The notes beneath the pieces are model-generated. The model was given only the letters and a program-made list of their open reading frames with translations. It ran no database searches and had not been told where the DNA came from. From contig JBKHHU010000001.1 in assembly GCA_046539045.1 (NCBI GenBank), forward strand, positions 1-49,348: a DNA stretch of 49,348 bases, in the 5' to 3' direction. The translations under genes were made by a program, and so were the position numbers. The DNA is from Phycisphaerae bacterium (GTDB lineage: Bacteria; Planctomycetota; Phycisphaerae; SM23-33). Below are positions 17,579-30,216 of this stretch, in pieces (within the stretch, counting starts at the first letter, position 1; each line of letters begins with the position of its first letter).

Positions 17579-18870
17579 CCGCCCAGAACAAAGAGAAACC
17601 CAAGGCGCCCATCCTTCGCTTGGTTCTGCGGATTACGCTTCCACTGCTGTTCCTCATCCTGGGCGTGGCCATGGTCGTCGCTGTGGTCGTGTTCGTAACC
17701 AAGCGCGACAAGCCACTGCCACCTCCGCGGGTGGCGCGAGTCAACATCGAGGTCGAGCCGGTCGAGCTCCAGCAGGTGCGGGACTCGCTGGAACTGCCCG
17801 GCAAGCCCAGGCCGGTGCTTACCGTCACCGTTTCGGCAGAAGTCGAAGGCAAAATCGAAACCTATGCCCCGCGCGACGCAGAGGCCCTCGCCCCCAAGCA
17901 GCTGCTCGAGGAACTCGCCCGCGACGACAAGTATCCCAAAGCCGACCCCGGACTGGAAGACGGCGACTACGTACAGAAGCCGGGCAAACCGCTGCTCTAC
18001 CTCAACCGGGACGTCCTGCTGGCCGAGTACCGGAAGGCGAAAGCCAATATGGAACTGGACCTCCGCAACTACCAGCGGATGGCCGAGAGTTTCGAACGCA
18101 ATGTCGCGACGCGACAGGAATTGGATCAGGTCCAGACCCGGCTGGAAATATCCCGGGCCGAGTTGGACAACATCGCCGAGAAGCTGAAACGCACGGTGAT
18201 CCGGGCCCCGATCGCCGGCACGCTCAACAGCTTCCTTCAGGAGGAAGGCGAACTGGTCAAAGCGGGCTATCCGGTAGCCGAGATGGTGGATACCACGAAG
18301 ATGAAGGTCCGCCTTGACATCCCCGAGAAAGACATCCGTTACATCCACATCGGCAGGCCCGTGGAACTGCGCCTGCCCGATGGGACGGTCAAGACCGGCC
18401 AAATCACCTATATCAGCAAGCTGGCCGATCCGTCCACCCGCACCACACCGGTGGACGTCACCGTCGACAATGAAGACGGCCGGATCCGAGACGGCCATTT
18501 CGTCATGGCTCGCCTGACGCGAAAGGTTTTGCAGGACGCGGTCATGGTTCCGTTGGAGGCCGTCATCCCGCTGGAGAACAGCAAGATCGTCTACGTGGTC
18601 GATGAGGACAACCGTGCGGTCCGTCGCGAGGTCAAGCTCGGCTTCATCAAGGGTCAGAAAGTCCGCATCGTCTCCGGTCTCCGGAAAGGCGACCGCCTGA
18701 TCGTCAAGGGCCATCGCTATGTCGGGCCCGGTCAGTCGGTCACGATCCGCGGCGGCGCTGTCGCGGCCACCGGCCCGGCGGGCAACACCGCGACTAGCGA
18801 ACCGGCCGGCGATGCTAAAGTCGCCCGGGGAAACGGCCAGACCCCTCCCACGCCGACTGAGAGGCAATAG
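17575..18870 (+). CDS. efflux RND transporter periplasmic adaptor (membrane fusion protein)
   Basis: 431 aa. N-terminal TM anchor, coiled-coil hairpin (AEYRKAKANMELDLRNYQRM..LDQVQTRLEISRAELDNI). Lipoyl and beta-barrel motifs (VIRAPIAGTL, GELVKAG). Confidence 0.85.
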   Translation: MTAQNKEKPKAPILRLVLRITLPLLFLILGVAMVVAVVVFVTKRDKPLPPPRVARVNIEVEPVELQQVRDSLELPGKPRPVLTVTVSAEVEGKIETYAPRDAEALAPKQLLEELARDDKYPKADPGLEDGDYVQKPGKPLLYLNRDVLLAEYRKAKANMELDLRNYQRMAESFERNVATRQELDQVQTRLEISRAELDNIAEKLKRTVIRAPIAGTLNSFLQEEGELVKAGYPVAEMVDTTKMKVRLDIPEKDIRYIHIGRPVELRLPDGTVKTGQITYISKLADPSTRTTPVDVTVDNEDGRIRDGHFVMARLTRKVLQDAVMVPLEAVIPLENSKIVYVVDEDNRAVRREVKLGFIKGQKVRIVSGLRKGDRLIVKGHRYVGPGQSVTIRGGAVAATGPAGNTATSEPAGDAKVARGNGQTPPTPTERQ

Positions 18871-18879
18871 GACACTGTC

Positions 18880-22053
<3,174 letters not shown>

Positions 22054-22086
22054 GAAATGATCCCAAAGCGGCGTCCGTTTGCCACG

Positions 22087-22160
22087 GGTGGTGGGTATGG
22101 CTTTGCTCGGGGTGGTGGGTCTCATTACTGCTCGGGTGGTGGGTCTCCCGACCCACCACC
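22087..22160. repeat. three 24-bp tandem units starting GGTGGTGGGT, the last completing an 11-bp-stem REP palindrome
   Basis: GGTGGTGGGT recurs at 22087, 22111 and 22135 (period 24). Units 1 and 2 end in TGCTCGG. Unit 3 is GGTGGTGGGTC TCCC GACCCACCACC. Confidence 0.8.
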
Positions 22161-22206
22161 TTGCAGAGCGCAAATAAGGGGATTCGCATCGGGTAACCCA
22201 GCCGCG

Positions 22207-22240
22207 TTGGCGGGTCAGGAGACCCGCCAACCGGGTACAA
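22207..22240. repeat. REP variant palindrome TTGGCGGGTC AGGA GACCCGCCAA plus a 17-bp tail repeated at 22405-22421
   Basis: 10-bp perfect stem with the same AGGA loop as the 11685 copy. CCGCCAACCGGGTACAA occurs again 181 bp downstream. Confidence 0.75.
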
Positions 22241-22316
22241 AGACGCAGCGCTCTATAGCAGGCCTTCAGCCTGCGAGGCGAAGCACATTCTGTGCGTGGT
22301 TCGCTCCTGCTTACCA

Positions 22317-22347
22317 GGGTCAATCGCGAAACGGCTGCGATTGACCC
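22317..22347. repeat. intergenic hairpin GGGTCAATCGC - 9 nt - GCGATTGACCC
   Basis: 11-bp perfect inverted repeat in the convergent RND/GH42 intergenic region. Smaller hairpins lie at 22258-22274 and 22364-22378. Confidence 0.6.
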
Positions 22348-22431
22348 TTCGCTGTAGATATCCCAGCCTTTCAGGCTGAACAGCAACAGCTGCCCCCCCT
22401 ACCTCCGCCAACCGGGTACAAGCTATTCGCG

Positions 22432-24417
22432 TCAGGACCGCTCCAACACCCGCACCTGCCAGGGGGACAGGGCGGTTGTTCCTTCCACGGTTTCATCATT
22501 CCACACATCGCGAAACTCGCCGGGAAGATTGATCTCGACCGAACCGGGGTTGTTGTTCAGCAGGAAGATGAATCCGCTGCCGTCTTCAGCGGATCGCTCG
22601 GAAAGCTCGACGTTCGGAGGCAGGTCCGCATCCAGAATCGGCTCAATGCGGAGAGCCTGCATCAACTCGCCGATCATCGCTTCGTAGAAGTTCTGCCGGG
22701 CGATGCCGGTGACGTAGATGCACGTGCCTTCGCCCACGCGGTTGCGGATGACGGCCGGGGTGCCCGTGAACCATCCACTGGTGTAGGTGGTCAGGACCTC
22801 GCCCTCAACGTCTTCCGGCAGGTCGAAGAAAATCGAGGCCGCGAATGAGTCTTCGCCGTACTTGAACAAGACATACTGGTCTACGCCGGATGTCGCGTAC
22901 TCGCGAATGGTCGAACCGATCAGCGGCTTGAGCTTCGGGTGAATACGATCCGGGTAGACCGTCGCGTCGCGGTTCTTGAGCCCGCTGAGCGGATGCCAGA
23001 TCAGCGTCCCGCCCCCGCGGACGTACTCGAGGAGTTTGTCTGCGAGCTGATCGTCCATCGCCTGCACGGCAGGGACGATGATGAGCTTGTACTTCGAGAA
23101 GTCCTGGTCCCTGCCGACGGCATCGCAGTTGACGTTGTTGGCGCGGACGGCGTCGTAGCAGCGGCGGATATGCTGGACCAGCACGTCCCTGGGCCCCTCC
23201 CAGATCGACCCGGTCTCCATCATCCAGCGCGTGGGGAAGTCGTAGAAAAATGCAATCTCGCTACGGACGCGGGTTTCCTCCAGAGCATCGCCGATCCGAT
23301 CGAGCTTCTCTCCGATCCGCTGGGCTTCCGCATACACCTTTTTCGGCCTGCCGTCGTAGTCGGTCAGCGTGCCGTGAGTCTGCTCGGCACCGAACGGACA
23401 ACCCCGCCAGCGGAAGTAGAACGTCCCGTCCGAGCCGTTGGCGATGGTGTGGGCCGTCAGCAGTTCCACCTCGCCGGGTTCGGGCGTGTTATGCATCTCG
23501 GCCGGCTTGCCGTGCGGGCCGTTGCGCAACTCCACTACCCAGAAGCCCTGTCCGTCCTTGTAGCTTCGCAGCCCGCTGAGTGTAAAGGCGACATGGCGCG
23601 GCTTGCCGCCGTAGGGCGGGTAGTAGTTCGTGGTGGTGACGTCCAGCGTCCGCGACGCGTCATAATAGTCCGTCCGCGTGTTCCAGTTCTGGTAATTGGT
23701 GGTGATCGGCTTGTCGACAGCTGCGTGGGTGCGGACGCTTTCGGCGTGGAGGTTGATGACCTCGACCGTGCAGTCGCTGCGGAACTGTCGCCACGCGTTG
23801 AGCAGCCCGGGATTGTGGACGGTCTTGGAAACCATCGGCGTGGGCACCTGCGAGAAGTCGTTGAAGTCCAGGCCCCAGAAAACGGTGCCCCAGGCTTCGT
23901 TGAGATTCCCGACGGTCCCGTAGCGGTCTTTCAGATACTCGTGGAATTTTGCCTTGCAGACGGGGCAGTGGCAGTCGGGCTCGTCGCCGTACTCGTTGTC
24001 CAGATGCCAGCCCATCACGGCATCGGAGTCGCCGTAGCGTTCAGCCATGCGGGCGGCCAGGGCCATGCCCTTTTCGCGAAGCAGCGGGTGATTGATGCAG
24101 AAGGAATACCTGCTGCCGTACTCGAGGCGTTTGCCGTCGGCAGTGAGTATTTTCAGCTCCGGCTCCTGTTCCTGCAGCCATGCGGGAATGGTCCGCAGGG
24201 GCGGGCACATCAGCAGGCGGATGTCGCGATGGACGGCCAGTTCGGCGAAGCGGTCCATCCATTCGAAGGTGTACTGTCCATCACTCGGCTCGAACCGCAC
24301 CCACGCGAATTCGCCCACGCGGAGGGTGTTTACGTGCATCTCAGCCATGCGATCCAGATCGTACTCCCACTTGCTCGGGTCGCGGTGCTCGGGGTAATAG
24401 GCGGCTCCGAAAATCAT
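22432..24417 (-). CDS. beta-galactosidase, glycoside hydrolase family 42
   Basis: Track ORF 22432..24459 trimmed to MIFGAAYYPEHRDPSKWEYDLDRMAEMHVNTLRVGEFAW (canonical GH42 N-terminus). WHLDNEYG acid/base motif. No signal peptide. The ATG overlaps the upstream stop (ATGA). Confidence 0.9.
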   Translation of the reverse strand: MIFGAAYYPEHRDPSKWEYDLDRMAEMHVNTLRVGEFAWVRFEPSDGQYTFEWMDRFAELAVHRDIRLLMCPPLRTIPAWLQEQEPELKILTADGKRLEYGSRYSFCINHPLLREKGMALAARMAERYGDSDAVMGWHLDNEYGDEPDCHCPVCKAKFHEYLKDRYGTVGNLNEAWGTVFWGLDFNDFSQVPTPMVSKTVHNPGLLNAWRQFRSDCTVEVINLHAESVRTHAAVDKPITTNYQNWNTRTDYYDASRTLDVTTTNYYPPYGGKPRHVAFTLSGLRSYKDGQGFWVVELRNGPHGKPAEMHNTPEPGEVELLTAHTIANGSDGTFYFRWRGCPFGAEQTHGTLTDYDGRPKKVYAEAQRIGEKLDRIGDALEETRVRSEIAFFYDFPTRWMMETGSIWEGPRDVLVQHIRRCYDAVRANNVNCDAVGRDQDFSKYKLIIVPAVQAMDDQLADKLLEYVRGGGTLIWHPLSGLKNRDATVYPDRIHPKLKPLIGSTIREYATSGVDQYVLFKYGEDSFAASIFFDLPEDVEGEVLTTYTSGWFTGTPAVIRNRVGEGTCIYVTGIARQNFYEAMIGELMQALRIEPILDADLPPNVELSERSAEDGSGFIFLLNNNPGSVEINLPGEFRDVWNDETVEGTTALSPWQVRVLERS

Positions 24418-26369
24418 TGTCTGCTCCTGTCTTCGTCGGTCGCTTTGTCTTTGGTCCAAGCTCTCAGCGGACCCGGGGTCGGGCAGTCGGCCGAGCGTGT
24501 CTCGACGACCGGAGCAAGCGTCACGATGATCGCCACCGAGCCGCTCCGGTCCGGCAGGTCGATCTCCAACCGACGCAGACCCTTGTTTCTGGCCTGCGGG
24601 TCTTTCTGCTCGGCGGAGCGTGAAACGAACCTCGCCCCGGCCGGTGCGGTAATCTCCGCCAGTACGAATTGCCCGTCGTTTTCCAGCAGGGCCCGGTTTG
24701 GCGTGAGCTTAACGTTCGGCAGCTTTCCGGCACTCCCGCCGTTCTTGTCGGTGGAGAGATGTATCTTGGCCGGTGTGGTCATGCCCCAGGTGATGTCGTG
24801 CTTCCCGGCCAGTTCGAATTCATCCCGGATCAGCAGGGCGTTTCGCTGGTCGTAGAGCATGATTCCGCGTTGGACGCGTTTGGCCTGCGGGTAGGCGCTG
24901 GTCAGGTCGACCACCGCATGGGGTTGGGACTTGCCGCCGCGGTAGCCGATGAACTTCGCCTTGCCCGCGACGTCCTGGTTCCGCCCGTCGATCAGCGGGA
25001 CATTGTGACTCTTCGAATTCAGCCGGAAGTACGTCCAGCGCTTGCCGGTGTTGGTATTGCCGTCCCAGTAGCCGGGCAGGTTATAGTAGTCCTTGCCCGG
25101 GTCCACCGCCCACCGCTTGCCGAGCGTGTCGAACTCGAACGTGCCGAGGTCGAGATGGCCGTGGTTGACGCGGTTGTACCCTGCCTTGATGGCAGCGAAG
25201 CTCGCGTTCGGGTCGGTCCAGCTTTCGCGGAAGACCGCCACCGGCACCACGCCGTCGAAGAGCCGGTCCAGCGCCAGTTGCTTGAACTTGATGGTCGGCT
25301 TCTTCGGGAACCAGATTACGTGCAGCGGGTCTGCGCCGTGTTTCTTCATCGCCAGCAGTTCCATGGCGGCAAGGTCCGGCATGTCGTATCGCCGCGCCAG
25401 CCATAGGGCAGGCGGGAGCGTGTGCCGTTTGCTGTCCATGTTCGCGTCGGCGTAGCTGACGTAGTACCCGGTCGGCTTGGTCAGGTAGTAAGGGAACATG
25501 CCTGCCTCTCGCAGCCCCTCGCGGTCCGACAGGCCGAAGTCCGTGCCGAGCGCCGTCCGCATCGCCGAGAGTCCGTAGACGGTGTACCGCGTGGCGTAGT
25601 TCCAGTAGCTCGGGCCCTCGCCCCACGCACCGTCCGGGTCGTACGTCTTCAGTGCCGTCGGCAGGGATTTAACCGCGCTGCTCACGATCAATCCCGCCAG
25701 TTGCGGCTCTTCATCCGCCACTGCCAGCGCCCCGATGGACAGCCCCGCATTGCATACCTGGTTCCAGTTGAACGCGCTGCGTACCCACCATGCGGTTTTG
25801 CCGGTGTACGCTTTCCTGCCTTCCTCCAGACCGAGCTTTACCAGCCCCCGGCGGATGGTCTTCCGCTCGGCACCGCTCAACTCCTTGTATGCCCAGTCGT
25901 ACCCGATGCCGACGGCATTGGCCATCTCGGCAGTGTCGAGAAAGTGCGACGGGTTCCAGTCCGGAAACGCGCACACCGTCAGCAGATTGCTCTTCATCGC
26001 CTCGAGGTACTTCTTCTCGCCGGTCCAGCGATACGCCAGCCCAAGCGCATAGACACGTTTGCGACATTCCCTGCTGACACTCAGCAGCCGCGGCCCTTTG
26101 AGCTTGTGCTCCAGCGGGGGCGCCTTGAGCAGTTTGTCGGCCTGGGCAATGGAGTCCTTCACTGCCTGCTGCAGCAGTTTGTCGCTGCCGGCCTGCTTCT
26201 TGAGCTCAGCCAGGCGGTCGTCGGTCAGCAGCAGTCGCGGGTGCTCCTGCTGCAGTGATTTGAGCACCTTCGTTGCCGAAGGGGCGGGTTTCGCGGCGTT
26301 TTCGGCATGGACATCAGAGGCCATGAGGATGGCTCCTCCTATGCAAAGCAGAATCGAAAGGGTTTTCAT
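24414..26369 (-). CDS. secreted heparinase II/III-family polysaccharide lyase-like protein
   Basis: 651 aa. Signal peptide (MKTLSILLCIGGAILMASDVHA). Alpha/alpha-toroid N-terminal half. Characteristic NHGHLDLGTFEF motif in the beta-sandwich half. Confidence 0.85.
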   Translation of the reverse strand: MKTLSILLCIGGAILMASDVHAENAAKPAPSATKVLKSLQQEHPRLLLTDDRLAELKKQAGSDKLLQQAVKDSIAQADKLLKAPPLEHKLKGPRLLSVSRECRKRVYALGLAYRWTGEKKYLEAMKSNLLTVCAFPDWNPSHFLDTAEMANAVGIGYDWAYKELSGAERKTIRRGLVKLGLEEGRKAYTGKTAWWVRSAFNWNQVCNAGLSIGALAVADEEPQLAGLIVSSAVKSLPTALKTYDPDGAWGEGPSYWNYATRYTVYGLSAMRTALGTDFGLSDREGLREAGMFPYYLTKPTGYYVSYADANMDSKRHTLPPALWLARRYDMPDLAAMELLAMKKHGADPLHVIWFPKKPTIKFKQLALDRLFDGVVPVAVFRESWTDPNASFAAIKAGYNRVNHGHLDLGTFEFDTLGKRWAVDPGKDYYNLPGYWDGNTNTGKRWTYFRLNSKSHNVPLIDGRNQDVAGKAKFIGYRGGKSQPHAVVDLTSAYPQAKRVQRGIMLYDQRNALLIRDEFELAGKHDITWGMTTPAKIHLSTDKNGGSAGKLPNVKLTPNRALLENDGQFVLAEITAPAGARFVSRSAEQKDPQARNKGLRRLEIDLPDRSGSVAIIVTLAPVVETRSADCPTPGPLRAWTKDKATDEDRSRQ

Positions 26370-26496
26370 GGTACAACCTCATTTTTTCGCTGGATCTCAG
26401 GAGAGGAACCGCCGGTGGTTCCGCGGTATAATATCGCGTCCGGCCGGGGCGGGATCTGTTGTAGTCGAAGCCGCCCGGAAAAGGAAGGAACCATGC

Positions 26497-26991
26497 ATGA
26501 AGATCGGTCTGCTTTCTGATTCGCACGGCAAAACCGACCGCGTCCGCGAGGCTGCGGCGATGCTCGTCAGCCGCGGCGCTGAGCATCTGGTGCATTGCGG
26601 AGACATCAACAGCATTGAATGCGTCCACGCGCTGGCCCAGACGCGGGTTCCGTGTCACATCGTCGCGGGCAACACCGACAGGCACGTGCAGACCATGGTC
26701 AGCATCGCGTCGATGGAGGCGGTGGAGTTCGATTGGGAGGTCGTCGAGGTCCCGCTGGGCGACGGCGAGCATCTCGTGGCCACCCACGGGCACGATCAGA
26801 CGCTTCTGAACGAACTGGTGCTGGGCGGGCAGTTTCCGTACGTATGTCACGGCCACACGCATAAACAGAAGGACGAGCGGATCCGGGGCGTCCACGTGAT
26901 CAATCCCGGAGCCCTCTACCGCGCCCGCCGGCACACGGTGGCGCTGCTGGATACCGAATCGGATACCGTGGAATTCATCGAGGTAGAGTAA
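26497..26991 (+). CDS. YfcE/MJ0936-family metallophosphoesterase
   Basis: Track ORF 26059..26991 trimmed to MKIGLLSDSHG, preceded by AAGGAAGGA. Motifs DSHG, HCGD, GNTD, GHTH. Confidence 0.85.
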   Translation: MKIGLLSDSHGKTDRVREAAAMLVSRGAEHLVHCGDINSIECVHALAQTRVPCHIVAGNTDRHVQTMVSIASMEAVEFDWEVVEVPLGDGEHLVATHGHDQTLLNELVLGGQFPYVCHGHTHKQKDERIRGVHVINPGALYRARRHTVALLDTESDTVEFIEVE

Positions 26992-27055
26992 GCACGCCCA
27001 GGCAGGGCCTTCGGTGGCTGCAGGTGTTCCATCTCCGGTCCTTTCGCCTGTGGTC

Positions 27056-28471
27056 CTACTTCACCGTATGCACTACGAGGGTGTTTGTCGCCCCCGCCTG
27101 GCCCAGGGGCCTTCCGGACAGCACCACCATCTGCTCGTTGGCCTTGATCACGCCATGTTCCTTTCCGAACTCCGCGAGTGCCTTGAGTATGTCGGTCGTA
27201 TGTTCGGGGATTTCCGCCTGTCGGGGCTGGACCCCGTAGTAAAGGCACATCCGGCGGACGGTCCGACAGTCGGGACTCAGTGCGAGGATCGGCACGGTGG
27301 GGCGATTCTTGGCCAGCATCAGAGCAGTCGCCCCGGTCGAACTGAACACGCCCACCGCCTGGATGGGGAGCGTATCGGTAATGCGTCCGACGGCACCGGC
27401 AAGGGCGGAGGTCGTCTCGGAAACGCCTTCCACGATGGCCGGGGCGGTGACTTCGTCGTGGTACGGCTCCATCTGGAGTACGATATCGTTCATCATTCGT
27501 ACCGCTTCCACGGGATGCTCCCCGACGGCGGTCTCTCCGGAGAGCATGACCGCGTCGGCGCCATCGAGCACGGCATTGGCCACGTCGGACACTTCGGCGC
27601 GTGTCGGTACGGCAGAGTTTGTCATGGACTCGAGCATCTGCGTGGCGATAATGCACGGCTTGCCGCGTTTCTGGCAGAGGGTTGCGAGTTGCTTCTGGGC
27701 TGCAGGCACTGCCGGAAGGTCCATTTCCACGCCCAGATCACCGCGGGCAACCATGATTGCATCGGAAACTTCCACGATCTCATCAATCCGCCTGAGCGCC
27801 TGGGGCTTCTCGATTTTCGAGACAATGCGCGCGTCGCTGTCGTTGTCGACCAGGATCTTCCGCAGTTCCGAAACATCATCCGCGCGCTGAACAAAGGAAA
27901 GGGCCACGTAATCGAAATCGCGCTGCGCAATCCAGGCAGCGTCCTGCCGATCTTTCTCCGTCAGTGCACTCAGTCGCAGATCGGTGTCCGGAAGGTTGAT
28001 TCCCTTTCCGCTGGACAGCACCCCGCCGCGGTCCACTCGACAGGTGATCGATTCCGGAGCGTTGATCTCCGTTACTTCCAGGCGGATCTTTCCGTCGTTG
28101 AGCAGAAGCACCTGGGCCGGTTCCACCTCATCGATCAGTTCCGGAAGGGTGGTGCTGATCCGGCTGGGATCGCCTTCCACCGTGTCCCGAACGATGCGGA
28201 TCGTCTGCCCCTCACCCAGAATGAACGACCCACCCTCTATGGACCCGACGCGGATCTTCGGCCCGCACAGATCGCCCAGCACAGCCAGCGGGCACCCGAG
28301 TTCATCCTCAACCGCCCGAATGTTGTTCAGGAATTGCTGACGCTGCTCGCTGCTGCCGTGAGAGAAATTGATGCGGAACACATCGCACCCTGCCTCCGCC
28401 AGCTTGCGAAGCGTCTGCATGTCGCCACTGGCCGGGCCCAGCGTGGCCACGATCTTGGTCCGTACTACCAT
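27056..28471 (-). CDS. pyk: pyruvate kinase
   Basis: Track ORF 27056..28558 trimmed to MVVRTKIVATLGPAS. Motifs FRINFSHG, MVARGDLGVE, IATQMLESM. Confidence 0.95.
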   Translation of the reverse strand: MVVRTKIVATLGPASGDMQTLRKLAEAGCDVFRINFSHGSSEQRQQFLNNIRAVEDELGCPLAVLGDLCGPKIRVGSIEGGSFILGEGQTIRIVRDTVEGDPSRISTTLPELIDEVEPAQVLLLNDGKIRLEVTEINAPESITCRVDRGGVLSSGKGINLPDTDLRLSALTEKDRQDAAWIAQRDFDYVALSFVQRADDVSELRKILVDNDSDARIVSKIEKPQALRRIDEIVEVSDAIMVARGDLGVEMDLPAVPAAQKQLATLCQKRGKPCIIATQMLESMTNSAVPTRAEVSDVANAVLDGADAVMLSGETAVGEHPVEAVRMMNDIVLQMEPYHDEVTAPAIVEGVSETTSALAGAVGRITDTLPIQAVGVFSSTGATALMLAKNRPTVPILALSPDCRTVRRMCLYYGVQPRQAEIPEHTTDILKALAEFGKEHGVIKANEQMVVLSGRPLGQAGATNTLVVHTVK

Positions 28472-28537
28472 GATTGCTCCGTTAGCAATGGATCGGACCG
28501 GGCCGGCCGGGCCGGGAGTCCGCTCCGATCTGTCGGC

Positions 28538-28573
28538 ATAGAAAAGGCGCCGCTGCACTCCACAGCGGCGCCT
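28538..28573 (-). terminator. intrinsic terminator after the cold-shock gene
   Basis: Minus strand: AGGCGCCGCTG TGGAGTG CAGCGGCGCCT followed by TTTTCTAT. 11-bp GC-rich stem plus a T-run. Confidence 0.75.
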
Positions 28574-28601
28574 ATCAGAATGCCGTCAACGCAAACGGGA
28601 A

Positions 28602-28832
28602 TCAAACACTTTGCGAATTAACTTCCCGAGCTTGCAGAATCTCGACATCGATGGCCTTGGGACCCTTGGGCCCCTCGACCAGCTCAAACTCCACGAATTC
28701 GCCGCGCTGCAGCGCTTTGAACCCTTCGCCTTGGATGTCCTTGTAGTGCACAAAGGCTTCCTCGCCGTTCTCCATCTCGATGAAGCCCCACCCCTTGGCG
28801 TTGTTGAACCACTTCACAGTTCCCTTAGACAT
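28602..28832 (-). CDS. cold-shock domain protein (CspA family)
   Basis: Track ORF trimmed to [18 protein letters not shown] (RNP1) ..FVHY (RNP2). 76 aa with a short C-terminal extension. Confidence 0.9.
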   Translation of the reverse strand: MSKGTVKWFNNAKGWGFIEMENGEEAFVHYKDIQGEGFKALQRGEFVEFELVEGPKGPKAIDVEILQAREVNSQSV

Positions 28833-29001
28833 AGCGCACTCCTCTTTCTGGTGCCGACGGGGGTACATCTAGCCCAGGGCCAGAGCCAAAAAACATCTGC
28901 GATAGCTCTGTTCCCCGAACACAACAGGCCCCGGTGGTCATCGCGTCGGCACAACCTTCCTTCTGTACGCTGAGATGCATTTCTCAGCATAACCTTCTCT
29001 T

Positions 29002-29030
29002 ATTCTGAGATCACTGTAACTTCTTGTCAA
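29002..29030 (-). promoter_or_regulatory. candidate promoter of the cold-shock gene, giving a ~170-nt 5' UTR
   Basis: Minus strand TTGACA - 17 nt - CAGAAT in an AT-richer stretch. A GCTGAGA/TCTCAGC hairpin lies in the predicted leader. Confidence 0.35.
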
Positions 29031-29252
29031 GACCGTTTTTACGCCCCGATAATCGGAAAACTCGCAATCCCTCTCCGTCAGGGCTATCTTCATTTTATGC
29101 AAGTCCAAACGCCAGTAAGAGTAAGATAAATCTACCGGAGCGAAGTCCCTGTGGATTTGAGGCGCCGACGATCCACAGATGAATCAAAGATGCAAAACGG
29201 TTTCAGAGATTTGAGCCGGTTCCAGGCCGGAATTCGCGGCCAAAAGTGTGTC

Positions 29253-30203
29253 TCAGGAAGGATTTGCCTCGCGGGCGCCCTCCAGCACCGCATCCACGGG
29301 CACTTCGTCCATGGACCTGCCGATGACCAGCTGCACTCGCGGCCCCAGCGGGGCAAAATGCCTCGGATTGCTGGAGCCGAAGATCGCGACGGTCGGCGTG
29401 CCGATGGCCCCGGAAACGTGTGTCACGCCAGAGTCGTTCCCCACATACAGCGCTGCCCCGGCCAGGATACCCGTCACCGCGTGCAGCGGGACGTTGGCCA
29501 GGCACGTGTACGAACTGCTCACCAGGCGCAGCGTCTCCTTTGGCCACTGCTCCCCCTCGACCGGACCGAACAGGAATACCACCTGCGTTTGCTCGCTCAG
29601 GCTCGTAGCCAGCTCCAGAAACCGTTCCAACGGCCAGCACTTGCTGGGAGAGCCCGAGCCGGGCTGGATGATGGCGTAGGGTTTGGACGGATCGACCCCC
29701 GCTTTCTCGAGTCGGGCAGCGGCGCCGGCCCTCCAGGTGTGCGGGACCGTCCAGGCCCGCAGCTTGCCGATGTCCAGCGGAATCCCGAGCATGTCCGCCC
29801 AAAGCTCCACCAGATGAGCCGAACTGTCCGGATCCGGGCGGATCGGCAGGAACGCAGCGGAGCGGGCATTGCAGGCAGCGGCAAGCCGCATCTCGGCAAG
29901 GCGGTTGCCCGCGGCGAAGCAACTGATCAGCCGGTCGGTCTGGCCGAGCAGTTTCGGGAGTCGGCAGTCCTCCAGCGGTTCATCGGTGAACAGTTCCTGC
30001 ATGGGCATCAGTTCGAAGTCGCGGGTATCGTCGGCGACCATGAGCCCGTGGAGGAGCTGGGCCTTCTCTCTGCCGGCTACGAGTGTCACGTCGGTCCGCA
30101 GCGCTTCCAGAATCCTGCCGAACAGAACGACATCTCCCAGGGCGCCGGAATGGACCGCAAGAACATGCTGCGAATGCGTCTGAGTGGCCTGATCGGGTGT
30201 CAT
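29253..30203 (-). CDS. glycosyltransferase family 9 (heptosyltransferase-like)
   Basis: 316 aa. N-terminal HSGALGDVVL and C-terminal GNDSGVTHVSGAIGTPTVAIFGSSNP motifs typical of GT9. Confidence 0.8.
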   Translation of the reverse strand: MTPDQATQTHSQHVLAVHSGALGDVVLFGRILEALRTDVTLVAGREKAQLLHGLMVADDTRDFELMPMQELFTDEPLEDCRLPKLLGQTDRLISCFAAGNRLAEMRLAAACNARSAAFLPIRPDPDSSAHLVELWADMLGIPLDIGKLRAWTVPHTWRAGAAARLEKAGVDPSKPYAIIQPGSGSPSKCWPLERFLELATSLSEQTQVVFLFGPVEGEQWPKETLRLVSSSYTCLANVPLHAVTGILAGAALYVGNDSGVTHVSGAIGTPTVAIFGSSNPRHFAPLGPRVQLVIGRSMDEVPVDAVLEGAREANPS

Positions 30204-30216
30204 GGTCTGTTCCTTC

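Noticed and set aside
22087-22160. Possible mini CRISPR array (three regularly spaced repeats)
   Set aside because: The period is only 24 bp and the 'spacers' are about 14 bp and partly conserved (TGCTCGG). There are no cas genes. The repeat is a member of the dispersed REP-like palindrome family.
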